DNA from: Vicugna vicugna
Taxonomy: Eukaryota
Reading direction: 5' to 3'
Length of the DNA stretch: 64,000 nucleotides
NCBI GenBank assembly: GCA_013265495.1
Contig: MU058716.1
Span: 192,264-256,263, forward strand
Shown piece by piece: positions 38,095 through 52,717 of the stretch. The notes under the pieces are model-generated. The model was given only the letters and a program-made list of their open reading frames with translations. It was not told the DNA's origin and searched no databases. The first letter of the stretch is position 1. Each line of letters opens with the position of its first letter. Position numbers and translations under genes: made by a program.

Positions 38095-38990
38095 TTCTGT
38101 TAGTTCAAGACTTACTAAGCACCTGGTTTGTAAGCGAGGCGTACTGGAGGCATTAGGGCTACAGCCGAAAACAAAATGTGAAATTTCTGCCTTCCTGGAG
38201 CTTCAGTTCTGGGAGGTAAGGGAAAGACAAAGGAATTACGAAATAAACGTGATTTCAGAGAGTCCTAAGTGCTGCCAAGGGAGTGAAATAGGGTATTGTG
38301 GTAGTGACTGGGAAAGATGGCTTCGGATGCTGTGGTCAGGAAAGACCTGTCTGAGGTGACTTTTGACCTGCTGTCTGAAAACAGAATGATTTCGCCTTTG
38401 GAAGTCTGAGGGGAGAGTGTTCCTGTCTGAGGGAGCAGCACATGGAAATGCCCAGAGGTGGTTCAGTCTCTGGCTCGGCAACTGATAGGAAGTCAGTGAG
38501 CATGGACCCTGGCGGGAGGTAAGAGGTTAGGTCGCTGCCAGGAGTCAGGTCACGTGAGGTCTGTTATCCCAGAGGGGCTGGCTTTTATTCTTTAGGTGCA
38601 TTGAAAAGCTCTGGGCCTCTGTGTGAAGCTGGGGGTGCTGGGGTGGTTTACAGTCTGACTGAAGAAGACTGGGTGCCAGGGAGAAGGCTGTGGGAGGTTC
38701 CAGTGTGACTGCAGTCAGGTGGAAAAGAGGGTGGGCTGTGTTTTGGATTTAAAGGTACCGAACTTGGCATGTTTGGCTGGGAATGCAGTTGGTTGGGACA
38801 GGGGTGACTCATGGGTTTGGGGCTTTCCTGGTGGCCAGTGGTACATGGATTGAGCTGGAAAGAGGTGTGAGGAGCAGGCTGTTCTGCGGGGACAGGGATG
38901 GGTGGGACATACTAAGGATGGCCTATTTGATGGTGAGGTGCAGGGGAGGATGTACAAGTCTGGAACTTACTGGAGAGGTTAGGGAGTTCT
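38095..38990 (-). mobile_element. L2 fragments
   Basis: cttactaagcacct..., ctgccttcctggagcttcagttct, ggtcaggaaagacctgtctgaggtgac. Confidence 0.6.
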
Positions 38991-39969
38991 TTCATTGAAC
39001 AGATATTTTTCGAGCACCAGCTGTGAGCTAGGCAGAGGGGATATATAGCAGTGAAAAAATAGACAAAAATCTCTGCCTTTGTGCGATTTAAATGCTAATG
39101 AGAGAAAGAAGATGGGGAGTCTTCTGCCTTTATCTGTTGGTTTAATTATGTTAAATACAAACTGCCTTCACATGATTCAGAATTTGAAGAGTCTGACGGG
39201 GTGTAGAATGAAAATCTCTATGTCTTGTCCGCGCAGTTTTCATTGAGGCCAAATACACCCCGTCCTCCCAGGGGTGTACTCTGTGCACCCGTGAGGAAGC
39301 GTGTGTGGGTTCTTCTTCCCGTTTTTAAAAAGTGGCAGCATGTCTCACTTGCTTTGACACTTTATATTTTTTTCAGAACATTTAAGTATTTAGAAGGTAC
39401 AGCACAGGATGGTACCACCTAAAGAAAGAATGTGGAGGGAAGAGGCAGCCCGGGGCGCAGCAGCGTCTGCTGGCTGGTCCCTGCCAGCTTTGAGTCTGGG
39501 ACCTGCAGATGCAGATGTGGAGCTGTTTGAAGAGCTGTTACTTTTTTGTGAGACTTTTTATGAAAGTTTGCACTGTTTTTTTTGTGTTTCACCTTTCTTA
39601 TCTGCCTGTTCTCTATTTGCTAGAAAAATGTTGATGATGATTGAGAGCAGTGTTTTCACGTATGTACTATCAGTGAAATTCAAGTAAACTGACAACAGGA
39701 TCAGCCATAGCATCTGAATATTTTGAAGGCTTTTTCTGGCTAATGTGCAACCTTAGAAAAACAGGCAGAAATTTGACATGTTATTGTGAGGCTTATCACA
39801 ACTTATTGATACTTGTATGTATGACTGAATTCTCTCTCAGTTGTCAGGTAATAATCAGACTGTCCATTCCGAGGGATCTGGCTCTTTCCCTGGGTGTGAC
39901 TCTTAACAGTAATGTTTCCATAACATCGCAGTTGTTAGCGTAACCCTTGGGTGACCAACTTTAAGAATA

Positions 39970-40393
39970 TAGACTGTCCCCAGTTTACGATGATTGACTT
40001 AGTTTTTCAGTTTTGTGGTGATATAAAAGTGATACGTAGCCGGTAGAAACCATACTTGGAATTTTGAGTTTTGATCTCTTCCTAGGCTAGCGGCATGGTG
40101 ACGCTGGGCAGGGCCCAGGAGTTGTAGCCCCCGGTCAACCATGTGATCACGCGCTGAGCAGTCAGTATCTGACAGCCACTCTGTCCAGCACAGGAGTCAG
40201 TAAATTCTGCAAGATGTCCAGCACTTTATTATAAAACAGGCTTTGTGCTGGATGATTTTGCACAACCATGGGTGGACGAAGGGTTCTGAACACCTGTAAG
40301 GTAGGCAAGGTGTATTAGATACAGTTCAGCCTAGCAATGTTTCCAACCTACAGTGGCTTTGGTGGGGTGTAACCCCGTCTTAAGTAGACCTGT
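39970..40393. mobile_element. MER47/Tigger5-like DNA transposon
   Basis: gtccccagtttacgatgattgactt...gtagaaaccatactt...cactttattataaaacaggctttgtgctggatgattttg...gtaaccccgtcttaagt. Confidence 0.65.
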
Positions 40394-41389
40394 ATGTAGG
40401 TTTAGACTGTGTTACTGCTGTGTATTTGGAAAGGTCTGTCGGGGACACTAGAATGGTGCCGTTTGATTCTTACAAGTTCTGAGACAGCGCGCGGTGTCAG
40501 GAACAGGTGTGCACGTCTGCCCCAGCTCCTGGTGTGCGGTCGAGCCCTGCTAGTTGACCTGCAGGAGGGAAGATGAAATGTTTTCCCTAAGTTGCTTCAG
40601 GCTTTATTATAGTGAAGAATTAAAAGTCCAGACTCATTGAGTTCTCTACTGAATTTATAATACTGTCATATTGGTTGGCATTTTGATTTTCAGTCAGCTG
40701 TCTTTAGCCAGATACTCTCCATGTAAATTAATCCACCTGTTTTTTTCTGAGACTGTTCTTGATTTATGAACTGTTTTGTTCGGTTCGATTTTTGTGGTTG
40801 TAACTGTTACCTCCCTTTTTTTCTTTTTTTTGCCTGAGGTTAAGGGAAGCAGCTCATTTCTAGGTTGGAGAAATAAGAGTCTTTGATCAAAATATTTAAT
40901 ATTTCTTTTTGAAACACTGGATGCTAATTACTATGTTTAAGACTGCTACATGAAATAGATGTAGTGAGCATATGAAGCTGACTCTGTAAATGTGTGGGTA
41001 TTACCGTCGTGTTTGAAGATTCTAGTTGTCCACAGGATTTTCATTTACGTACTTTAACATTGTGAGTGATGCTACTGTTGTCTGTTAACCATTGGGTTAT
41101 AGCCTGGTTATGTGTGTGTCAGAAGTTTTCATCTATCAGGTGGATAATTTATCATTTTTGTTTCTCTTACCAGCTGTAAGCTGCTTGAAGACAACATCTC
41201 TAGCATCTGGTAGAGGTCTGGAATACCGTAAACACTTAATCAATACCTGATAACTCAGTGGCTTAAGTCTTGTTCCAGTGTAGGTTGCTTTTCAAATAAA
41301 GAAATGCTGGATTTACCCTATGTAAATACTTCTTGAATTTATCAACTTTGTTTTAATTCAGTTCAAGGAGAGAAAGTACAGGATGCTTA

Positions 41390-42720
41390 AACATTTTTTT
41401 AAAATTTTGAGATAACTTTAAACTTAGAGAAGTTGCACAAATGGTACAGAGAGCTCAGGGATGCCTCTCCCGCAGCTTTCCCGAATGTCGCAGCTCACGT
41501 AACCAGAGCGCAGTGATCAGAACGAGGAGATTGACATTGGTATAGTACTGCTAGCTAAGCTGCAGACCCTCCTGGGATCTCACCGGTTTTTCCTCTAATG
41601 CCCTTCACTTCTTTCCATATTCAGTCCAGGGTGAGACACGGCATTGAGCTGTTGTGTCTCCCTATCTCTTCTGACCTGTGATAGTCTTTTCCCATCTTCC
41701 GTTGCCTTCATGCTTGTGGTGAGTGTGGTCAGAGCTATTTTGTAGAATGTCTGGTGTTTTCTCATAGTTAGACTGAGGTTGTACATGTTCAGTGCTACTC
41801 AGAACATCACTTCACAGGGTACAGGGTGTCAGCATATCCTGTTAGAGATGATGTTAACGCTTCTTTACTTAAGATCATGTTTGTCAAGTCTCTCTGCTAG
41901 TAAAGTTACTTTTTGTCTCTTTGTAATTACTGGGTATCTTGGGGGAGAGTCTTTGAAACAATGCAGATATCCTGTTTTCAAATTTTTGCCCACTCAGTGC
42001 AGCATTCTTTGGTAGTTCTTGCTTGTAGCAGTTATTATAGTAGTGTTTACCTGATGGCAATTTTATATTTTTCTTATTTCCATCTACATTTGTTAATTGG
42101 AATTCTTCTGTGAGGAGGACGGTCCCTTCTCCACATTTATTTTCTTGGTTATTTGTGTCAGTGTGGGTCATAGACATTTCTTTTGCTCTATCCAATTCTA
42201 TCATAATTTATTTTGTCACTCGAATCGTTCCAACTGTGGCCTTCAGGTTGGCCCTTTGTTTTGTTTTTTTTTTAAACACCCCCCCCATCCTCTTTTGGAA
42301 AGCACTTCCTATTTTCTGGCATCATAAGGTGTCCTGGCTCGTCTTATATTTTCCATGCTGCAGCCCTAGAATCAATCCCTTCTCCAGGGAGCTCTGGTTC
42401 CTCCTATTGGAGAATGGTATTTAGGAACCAAGATCTGGAAGCTTGTGTGCTCATTGACACTGGGGTGTCATTGCTCCTTGGTGCATGGAGCTAGAAATAC
42501 ATGAATGTACACTGATCCGTATGTGCACAGACAGCTGTTTGCTTATGTATCTTTCTTCCTGTGTATGTGTCTTGAAAACCATGAGTTCATACTGATAACC
42601 CTGATTCTAGTCAAACACTTCAGTGTTTACACTAGCCAGCCCCCTTTGTTTATAACCACTCTTTTCTGACAGTGAGAAATAGAGCATACTTTTCTCATAG
42701 TCATTATAATGTATGTAGTA
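41390..42720 (-). mobile_element. Old L1MC/L1MD-type 3' region
   Basis: ttttgagataactttaaacttagaagttgca...ccctagaatcaatcccttctccagggagctctggttcct...aaccaagatctgg. Confidence 0.7.
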
Positions 42721-43029
42721 TGAAGTTACCAAAATAATGAACAACGTGACAAGAAAAAGACCCTCCCCCACGAGTAGTCCTGAGTCTTCATAAAAATTTT
42801 AAGCTATAACTCAAAATATTTCTTTTTTATTTGGTAAAAGTTTGTTGGAACCAAAAATAATGCCATGTTGTCTTCATAGCTCTAAGTATTGTTTTGGTTA
42901 ATAAGCATCCATTTAAAGGTTTTTAGAGAGCACTTTGCACTGAGATTCATATACTTCTCTTGCGTCAGACCTTTGTTGTCCAAGTGATCTGGATTTTAAG
43001 CACTTAGAATAAGGGCAGTCCCTTTGTTG

Positions 43030-44200
43030 TTGTTGTAAAGCATACATAATGTGAAATTGGCCGTTTTAACCATTTTTAAGTGCACAGTTCACTGGCAGTA
43101 ATTGCACTCAAGATGTCATCACAAACATGACCACTGTCTATTTCTAAAACTTTTTCATTAGGCCAAATGGAAACTGCAAGCATTAAACAGTCACTCCATT
43201 CCCCCTACCTGCCAGCGCTGTAACCTCTGCTCTGCTTTTTGTCTGTGTGAATTTGCCTATTCTGGGTACCTCGTGTAAGTGGGATCATGCAGTGTTTATC
43301 TTTTTGTGTCTGCCTTGTTTGACTCAACATGATGTCTTCAAGATTCATGCTGGTTGTAGTATCATAACTTTATTGTGGTATTTCTTTTCATGGCTGAGTA
43401 ATAGTCCGTTTGTGTACATATCACATTGTGTTTATCCATCCTTCTCTTGATGGCACCTTAGTTGTTTGCACCTTTTGGCTGTTGTCAGTAATGCTTCAGT
43501 GAACCCTGGAGCACAGGTTTCAGTCCCTTTGGGTATATAACCTAAGGAGTGCGGTTGCTGAACTCATAATTCTGAGTTTAGCTTTTTGAGGACCTGCTAA
43601 ACTGTTTTCCATGGTGGCTGCACAAGTCTACATTTTTGCTGGCGGTGTACAGGAGTTCCAGTTTTACCACGTCCTTGCAAACCTCAGTTGTTTTCCATTT
43701 TTTGTTTGTTTGGTAGTAGCAGTCTTGCTGGGTGTGAAGTATTTCATTGTGGTTTGGATTTATATTTCCCTGTGAGCTTGTGATGTTGGTCGTTTTCATG
43801 TGCTCATTGGCCATTCACATATCTTGGGAGAAACACAGTCAAGTCCTTTGCCCATTTTTAAATATGTTTTTTGTTGTTGCTGCTAAGATGTAGTTCTTTA
43901 TACTTGGATATTAATCTTTTATCAGATGCATGATTTGCAAATATTTTCTCCCATTCTATGGGTTTTGTTTTTTTTTTTACTCTCTTGGTAGTGTCCTTTG
44001 ATGCATGAAAGTTTTAAATTTTGATGAAGATCGGTTTATGTCTTCTTTTGTTGCTTGTGCTTTTGGCATCATATCCAAGAAATCGTTGCCAAATCCAATG
44101 TCACACAGCTTTCATCCTGTGTTTTCTTCTAGTAAGAGTTTTATAGTTTTAATTCTTAAATATAGGTCTTTGATCCATTTCGAATTGACTTTTGTGGATT
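43030..44200 (-). mobile_element. L1MB-type 3' end and ORF2 C-terminal remnant
   Basis: ttaaccatttttaagtgcacagttca...tttcatgtgctcattggccatt...atatccaagaaatcgttgccaaatccaatgtca. Confidence 0.8.
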
Positions 44201-45992
44201 TTCAGTAGATGGCTTTATGTCGGTACTTACAGATAGATAGCTCCAAACTTCGACTAGCTTAGAAGCTAATTCTTAGAGGACTAAAGAAAGAGCAGTTACA
44301 AAGACAGTGGAGAGTGAAGGAAATTGTACAGCTTTATGATGAAAGGGGTTGCATTTTTTTCCCTTACCTGAAACAGATAAACATGAAAATGAACTGCTTA
44401 TGACAAAAATGGAATGAAAGAAAGCCTTTTTTTAGTAGGCAACATGGGAGTGAAGTGAAGGTGTAAAGACTTCAGCAGCAGTGCAGTTTGGTCCCCGTAA
44501 AGTTCAGAAGCGTAGACGGAAAGGCAGAGTTACAGAGGAGGGCGGACCGTAGTACCTCCTTCTCTCAGCGTCGTCCGGCAAGCTTGAAATGTGTTTCTAA
44601 ACATTGTCTTTTATACTGTCTTTATGTTGTGCAGGTGAAGAAAATGAAGCAACCGGGAGCCTAGGGTTACTTTGTCATTGACAGAACCAATTTGGAGTAT
44701 TAGTTTCTTGATTCACAGCCTTTTCATTTTTGAAAGCAGTAATTTCCTTTTCCTTTGCTTTTCTCTCCCTCCACCCCGCCTCCCGCCTCCTTCCCTCCCT
44801 CCCTTCTTTTTTTTCTCTCTTTCGTGTTTTGGCATCGGGCAGAAATACTCTGGGTCAGGCCCCACTCAGCGCTCTGGGTGAGACCTGCCTTCCTCTGGAG
44901 TGCGGCCCAATTACCACCCGTTTCTCTGAGCCAGCTCCAGTTTCTGCAGCGGCAAGCAGTTGTGCGGTAGAGGGCAGTGGACGAGAGCTTTGTGCTGAAG
45001 CCAGAGGGCTCTGGGTTCAAATTCTGAGCTTGCTGATTAATAGTTATATATGTTTTACCCTAATTTTCTAAATGTTAGTCCCTTCATCTTTAAGACAGAG
45101 AGAATCACTTAAGGGTTATTCTGAGGGGTCAATGAGATGGTGTACGTAAGTGTTCAGCGCAGTCCCTGAAACGCAGGTGTTGCTAAGGCTTGCTGCTGCT
45201 GGGAGTGTGGGCGGCTCTGTAAGTGGCCACTATTACGAAGGTAGAGGGCCCGCCCCGCTCCGGGGGAGTGTCCAAGCTGGGCGCCTTCACTTCTCTTAGG
45301 TGAGGCGGGTTGTAGGAGGTGGTGTCCAGACTGGGAGCGGTCCTGGGCTTTTACCTAGGGCGGTCTGCCCAGCTGTGCCACCCTTTTTATCCTCCTGTGT
45401 CCATGTCTTCTCCAGCAGCACCAGGATCTACGTGGGAGTTAACATGGAGAAGCTGACAGTTAGATTAATTTGTCTGGAACAAAGGGCAGTTGAGAAATAG
45501 TGACAAATCAAGTTGATAAGAGTTGGAAGGTGAGGCAGGACTCTGGGTTTTATTACAGTCAATAAAATACACTAGGAGTTGGCTGGAGTGTGATCTCTCC
45601 TCCATAAATGCATTGTAACCCCATAACCAAAGGGAAAAAAGAAAAACCTCAGATAAAGCAAAGAAAATCACCACTCATCTTAGCACCTTGGCCTGCTGTT
45701 TGTGAGAAAAGATTTACATCCAGGATTTTGAGATATAAGTGACTTGACATAACTCTCAGAATAGGATTGGGTTGTGCAGAGGACAATTAAAGTAACCCTT
45801 CTAAATGTTTGGATGGAAGGTCAGGCCCAGAAAAAAAACTGCCCTTCACATATGGATTATTTGTGCAAAGGCTCATTGTTCATGGCTTTGTGTAGTCTGT
45901 GTATCACTGTGGGCTTGCCTCCCCATGAGGGACTCAGACAAACTCAGGTCCTCTAACTCATCCCTAGTACCTATATGAGAGTAGCTTGGGTG

Positions 45993-46023
<31 letters not shown>
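45993..46023. repeat. (TTTTG)n microsatellite
   Basis: Direct reading of the sequence. Confidence 0.9.
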
Positions 46024-46026
<3 letters not shown>

Positions 46027-48089
46027 GCTAGTTGGTATCTTAAAGTCCTTGCCTAGATCATTAAAAATGAGAAAAAGTGAGAAAGCAAGTGACATTAATC
46101 TTCACACTGATAAGAGTTGATATGAAAACTTGGAAAGAAACAGACTTGTGGGAGACTCTCGAGTTCATTGTGGAGAGAAGGGTGTTTCATCCTGGTCAGT
46201 GGGTCTGCTCTGGAAGCAGAAGCCATCTCTAGCCTCCTTGCTGTATTACAGATGCGTCCCCTCCTCTCCACTGTCCCCTTCCCTTTTCTGAGACTAAGGG
46301 TTTGTCTGCTGGGATGGCAGACTACTGTATTTCTCTTTACTGTTTTTTCCACCAATTTCCTCCTTTTTAAAAATATACTACTAGAAATTCTTAAGTAGGA
46401 AAGTCACATGATGGAAATGACATTTGTGGCGCAGAGCCCTGTGTGTCAAATCTTATTGCAAAAGTGTTGTACCCTGAGGCTCCAGCTCACAGAGGCATCT
46501 CTTGGCAAGAGCTAATGGCAAGAGGAAAGTGTTCAGATGCATTCTTGGAGCGTATTTTTAGGAGAAATCGTTGTGCAGCAGAGGGAGCTTTGGAAATAAT
46601 AGTTAATAATGTTCTTTTATGGGTCTTAAATATTTTCCTCATTTTGTGTGTTTAGAACATAACCTGCTCAGTAAGCCCCCTGAATGTCATGTAAAAAACT
46701 AATTATGGTATGTTGACTTATCTGAAATTAATTTAGGCCCCAGTATAATATCTCTTTGGTAATTTTTGGAGAGACCTAATTTTTATTGCTGATAATAATA
46801 CTCAAATAAAACATTATCATTTGGTAGTTGTTTCATTCTCATTTTGTTTTTTTACTAAAAAGAGAATCACAGTATGAAGTATTTAGCCACTTACATCATT
46901 GATACCTTTGACAGCAGCTGAAATGTGGCACATGGAAGCATTTATCAGTAGGTAAGCTGTAGTCTTACTCATCAGTATATTAAACATGGTTAGATGTTTC
47001 ACTGAAATAGTTTATGCTTCAAATAAAATATTTGCCTAATTATGCACCAGCCTAAGTTCTAGATTTAAAATGTTGATGTTTTGAGATTTTGTAACTGCTT
47101 TATCTGCTGAAGTGTAATTATCTAAATCGCTCTTTGAATGAAAAATGTCTTAAGTGAAATTAAACACTCCATATTAACATCCGTCTGATGTTGGCAAAGT
47201 TATCTCTTTTATATTTCTGCTATTACTGGTAACTTTATTTTTAAAGACATTTTTTGGAGTGGGAATTTTGTTAGGTTGTGTTAATATATCATCCTGAGCA
47301 GGCTATATTATTTTGGGGCTCTCACTTAACCTTGGTACCTAAAACTCACTGGAAAGTTAAGATTCTCAGGAGAAAGGAAAGAAGGTTAGTGACAGGTCAG
47401 CCTTTAGTGTTCTGAGGAGTGAGGTTGTGAGGAGGAAAAAAGCAAAAGAGATTTTAGAACATTTGTATCAGAAATGTAGTTTATCAGTTTGGTTTTCCTG
47501 ATCGCGTCTTTATTTCCATCTTTGTCTTAGGTTACCTGGCTGTTCTCTTAGAACTGGTGACTGATTTTTACAATCTTTGTTGTCAGGAGTATTAGTGAAA
47601 TGTTTATTGACTTATGGAAAGTCGGAGCTGTAAATTAAGAAAGCAGGGAGGAGTTTTATTTTTTCTTAAGTGGTAAAAATGATATATAATAAAGGTTGTC
47701 GTTAAAGTCTTTGAAGAATTTTTCTTAAAGGGTGGTGTAATATAATCAGACTTGCATTTTGGAAAGCTTGCATTGGCTGTGGTATTTGGAATGTACCAAG
47801 GGGGCAAAAGAGGACACAGACGGCTCATTTAGGAGTAGTGGGGTGAGAGGTGGTGGTTTGGATTAGGGTGATGTCAGTGTGAGTGGGAAGAAGTGAATAG
47901 ATCAAGAAATGTTTCCAAGATGGAGTTGACAGGGTTTATTGATCGATTGGATTGATTTGTAGAGAAGACTAAGAGAAGTAAGAAGTGAGTAATAAAATTT
48001 CTACCAGACAAGCTAGGTGTATGATAGTATCATTTACTAAGATGTGAAATACTAGAAATAGGTGGACGTGTTGAGTTCGAGGGGTCAGG

Positions 48090-49005
48090 TGAAGTATAAC
48101 TTATACATGGTAAAATTCACCCTAAAAAAGATACACTGTTCTTTGAATTTTGACAAATTTGTATAGTTGTGTAACCACCGCCACCACAAGCAAGATGCAG
48201 AATATTTTATCACCTCGGATATTTCCTGTTGCTTTTTTGTAGTCCATCATGTCTCTGACGACCAGTGAGCTGATGCAGATCCCTATGTTTTTGCCTTTTC
48301 CAGCAGCCATGTGGTATGTAGCCTAATGAGTCTGTCTGCTTTCACTTAGTGTAATACTTCTGAGAATCATCCCTTGTCCTCATGTCAGTAATTTGTTCCG
48401 TTTTACCGCCGAGTAGTATAATGCTGTGTGAATGCGCCACATTGTGTTTTCTGTTCACCAGTTGATGGGACATTTGGGTTTCTGGGGCTTGGTAGTTATG
48501 AATAAAGGTGCTCTGAGAATTTGTGTTTAGGGTATTTTTGTAGATACATGTCTTCCTTTCTCGTGTATAAATACCCAAACATGGAATTGCTGGGTCACAT
48601 GGGAAGTATATGCTTCCCTTTAATAGAAACTGCCTCTGTGGTTATTTTCTTTTAAATTTCCACCTGTGACAAGTGCGAGTTTTGGTTGTTCTGTCTTCTC
48701 AGCAGCATTTGATACTGTCAGGTTTTTTGAGCTATTCTAGTTAGTGTATGGGGGTAGCTTACTGAGGTTTTAGTGTGTCTTTCCCTAATGCCTGATGATG
48801 GTGAGCATTTTGTGTGTGTGCTTATTTGCCTTCAGTATTTCTGAACTGTCCATTTGGGTCTTTTAGCCATTTATTGAGTTGTGTGTTTTCTTATTATTGA
48901 GCTTTGAGAGTTCTTTTTATATTCAAAGTACCAGTCATTTATATGTGTGTATCTCTGCTGTATCAGGTAAATATTTTACGAGTATTTTCTCCTAGGCTGT
49001 GGCTT
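48090..49005 (-). mobile_element. Old L1M 3' region, host of the younger L1 at 49-52.5 kb (appears to resume near 52480-52600)
   Basis: aagtataacttatacatggtaaaattcacc...gttgatgggacatttgggtt...tggaattgctgggtca...ctgtggctt. Confidence 0.7.
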
Positions 49006-52000
49006 TTCTTTTTCTTAAAAAATTTTATTGAGGTATAGTTGACATGGAACATTATATTAGTTTCAGGTGTACAATGTAATGGCTTGATATTTCTGTATAT
49101 TATAAATGATCACTACAGTAAGTCTAGTTGACATCCATCACCATACATAGTTACAAGATTTTTTTCTTGTGATGGAAATCTTTAAGATTTACTTTTAGTA
49201 ACTTTCAAATATGCAGTATGGTATTATTAACAATAGTCACCATGCTATACATTACATCCCCAGGATTCACTTTATAACTAGAAGTTTGTACCTTTTGCCC
49301 TCCTTCGACCATTTCACAGCCCCCCCAAACTGCCTCCGCTCTGGCATTCATCAGTCTGTTCTCTGTATTTATGAGTTCAGTTTTGTGTTTTGTTCCATGG
49401 AAGTTTGAACGTTTTTTTTATTTCTATGAAATGTGCCGTTGTAATATTGATAGAGCTTGCATTGAATCTGTAGATTGCTTTGGGTGGTATGGATATTTTA
49501 ACAAAATTAATTCTTCCAATCCATGAGCATAGGTATCTTTCCTTTTAACATGTGTCATCTTTAATTTTTTTACTAATATCATGCTTTTCAGTGTACAGGT
49601 CTTTCACCTTCTTGATTAAAATTATTCCTATTGTATTAATAGATGTAATGTATTCTGGTACAATTGTAAATGAGATTGTTTATTTAATTTTTCTTTTGAT
49701 AGTTATTTATATAAATGCAACAGATTTTTGTATATTGATTTTTGTGTCTGCAGCTTTACTGACTTCGATTATAGTTTTTACAGTTTTTTGGTGGAGCCTT
49801 AGGGTTCTCTCCATATAATAGGTCGTCTGCAAACAGTGACAGTTTTTTCTGTTTCTTTCCAATTTAGACACCTTTTATTTCTTTTTCTTGCCTGATTGCT
49901 CTGGCTAGGACTTACAATATTATGTTGAATAAATACTATGTGGCAAGAGTGGGCATCCTTATCTTATTCCTGATCTTAGAGGAAGAGCTTTCAGCTTTTC
50001 ACTGTTGAGTATGATGTTAACTGTGGAGTTGTCATATATGTCCTTTATTATGTTGGGGTGTGTCCACTCTATGTCCACTTTGTTGAGTTTTCATCATAAA
50101 TGGATATTGAATTTTGTCAAATGCTTTTTCAGCATCTGTTGAGATGATCATATGATTTTTATCCTTCATTTTGTTAATGTGTATCACGTTGATTGATTTA
50201 CAGCTGTTGAACCTTGTAAACCTGGAATAAATCCCACTTGATCATAGGGTATGATCCTTTTAATGTGTTGTTAAATTTGGCTTGCCAATTTTTTTTGGAG
50301 ATTTTTGCATCTATGTTTATCAGGAATATTGACCTGTAATTTCCTTTTCTTACAGTGTCCTTGTCTCATTTTGGTGATAAAGGTAATGCTGGTCTTGTAA
50401 AATGCATTTGGGAATATCTCCTTTTCTGTCTTTTGGAAAGGTTTGAGGATTGGTGTTAATTCTTTGAATGTTTGGTACTTCACCAGTGAAGCTGTCTTGT
50501 TGTAGACTTTTGGTTACAGGTTTTAAATTACTGATTCAAGTCTCCATACTAGTAATTGGTCTGTTCAGATTTTCTGTTTCTTCATGATTCAGTCTTGGTA
50601 GTTTGTATGTTTCTGAGAATTTGTCTGTTTCTTTTAGGTTGTCCAATTTTTTGGCATATGATTGTTCATAATAGTCTTATGATCCTTGGTATTTCTGTGA
50701 TAACAGTTGTAATGTCTCTTTCATTTATTTTATTTGAGTCCTCTTTTCTTGGTGTGTCTGGATAAAGGTTTGTCATTTTGTTTACATTTTCAAAGACTAA
50801 GCTCTTACTTTCATTGATCTTTTCTGTTGTCTTTTTAGTCTCTTTCATTTATTTCGACTCAAATTTTTATTTTCTCTCTTCTGCTGACTTTGGGCTTCAT
50901 TTGTTCTTCTCTCTAGTTCCTTGAGGTGTAATGTTAGGTTTTGTTTTTGGTTTTTTGGGTTTTTTTGAGATTTTTCTTGTTTTCTGATGTAGGCATTTAT
51001 TGCTCTAAATTCTCTTTGAGAACTGCTTTTGCACATTTCATAAGTTTTGGGATGTTTTATTTCCATTTTCTTTAGTTTCAAGATATGTTTAAATTTTACT
51101 TTTGATTACTTCTTTTACCCATTGGTTGGTTGGTAGCATGTTGTTTAATTTCCACATATTTGTAAATTTTCCAGTTTTATTCTTGTAATTAATTTCTAGT
51201 TTTGGACCATTGTGGTTAGAAAAGATGCTTGTTACAATTCCTGCCTTAAATTTATTAAGACTTGTTTTGTGGCTTAGCGTATGATCTGTCCTGGAGAATA
51301 TTCTGTATGTACTTGAGAACAATGTAGTATATTCATTCTGCTGCTTTTGAATGGAATGTTCTGTATGTATGTGTTAAGTCCAGCTGGTATAGTATGTCAT
51401 TTAAAGCTGGTGTTTTCTCATTGATGTTCGACCTGGATGCTCTCTCTACCCATTGATATAAGTTGGGTATTAAAGTCCCCTGCTAGTATTGTACTGATAT
51501 CTGTTTCTCCTTTTAGGTCTGTTAATACCTGTTAATATTTAGGTGTTCCTGTGTTGGGTGAATATATATTTACAAATGTCCTGTCCTCTTGTTATCACTA
51601 TATATTGCCCTTTGTCTCATCTTGCAGCCTTTGTTTCAAATTTTATTTTGTCTGATACAATGCAGTTGTCCCTTGGTACTCATGCGGAATTGATTCCTGG
51701 GCCCCTGACGGATACTAAAGTCTACGGCTGAAGGCTTTTTCAGTCAGCCCTCCGTGTGCACAGATTTTGCAGTTGATGATATGGAGTGCCGGCTATATAT
51801 TTATTGAAACAATTCTGCATATAAGCTGAACTGTGTGGTTCCAATCCATATTGTTCAAGGGCTATCTGTGTAGCTAACCCAGCTTTTTTTGGTTTGCATT
51901 TGCATGGAATTTTTTTCCCATCCCTTCACTTTCAGTCTGTGTGTCTTTAGATCTGAAGTTAGTCTCTTATGGGCAGCATATAGATGGTCTTGTTTTTTTG

Positions 52001-52470
52001 ATCCATTCACTCTCTGTCTTTTGATGTGAGAATTCAGTACATTTACATTTAAATTAATTATTGATGGGTGTGCACCTTTGCCATTTTGCTGTTTTCTGGC
52101 TTTTTTTGTAGTTTTCTTCTCTTGCTGTCTTAGCTTGTAGTTTGATAGCTTTCTTCAATGGCACGCTTGGATTCCTCTTGTTCTCTCTATGGATCTGCTG
52201 TAGCTTTTGCTTTGTAGTTACCATAAGACTGATATATAACAGCTTATTTATAACAGTCTATTTTAAGTTGATAACAACTTAAGTTTGAATGCGTTCAAAA
52301 TCTGTACATTTTTATTCTCCCTCTCACATGTTTTGTTTTCAGTGTCACATTTTTTATCTTTTTATCTTGTGTATCCCTTAACTAACTATTGTAGTTATAG
52401 CTATCTTACTACTTTTGTCGTTAACCTTCATACTAGCTTCACATGTGGTTACTCCACTACCTTTACCACA
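49006..52470 (-). mobile_element. Degenerate L1 (L1MA-like 3' end, ORF2 remnants, inter-ORF region)
   Basis: Minus-strand ORF2-like peptides (FSRTDHTLSHKTSLNKFK, KELTPILKPFQKTEKEIFPNAFYKTSIT) and 3' end ttttattgaggtatagttgaca. Confidence 0.9.
51663..51868. mobile_element. MER8/MER2-like Tigger MITE nested in L1
   Basis: Ends CAGTTGTCCCTTGGTA... and ...TTGTTCAAGGGCTATCTG. L1 sequence continues on both sides. Confidence 0.72.
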
Positions 52471-52717
52471 TTTATCATTTTCTTATTGGTGCTACTCCAA
52501 GACAAGGATTTAAACATTTTGTTGAAATCTAATTTTTTTTCTTTTTTTTAATGGTTCAGGATTTTTGTGTGCTAGCTAGTGCATCTTTGCTTAATCCTTT
52601 GATTAGTTTTAATGTCATATTCCTAAATTATCCCCAGATTCTTCACTAGGGCTGCCAACTCCTTACAGTGCTCAGACCTCAAACATGCAGGGTGCGGTGG
52701 GAGAGGTCCAGGCAAAG

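Noticed and set aside
30700..52470. Inverted L1 pair (30-33 kb plus, 49-52 kb minus) flanking the CUL2 promoter as an invertible switch or active elements
   Set aside because: Both copies are old, frameshifted and diverged from each other. There is no sign of inversion or coding capacity.
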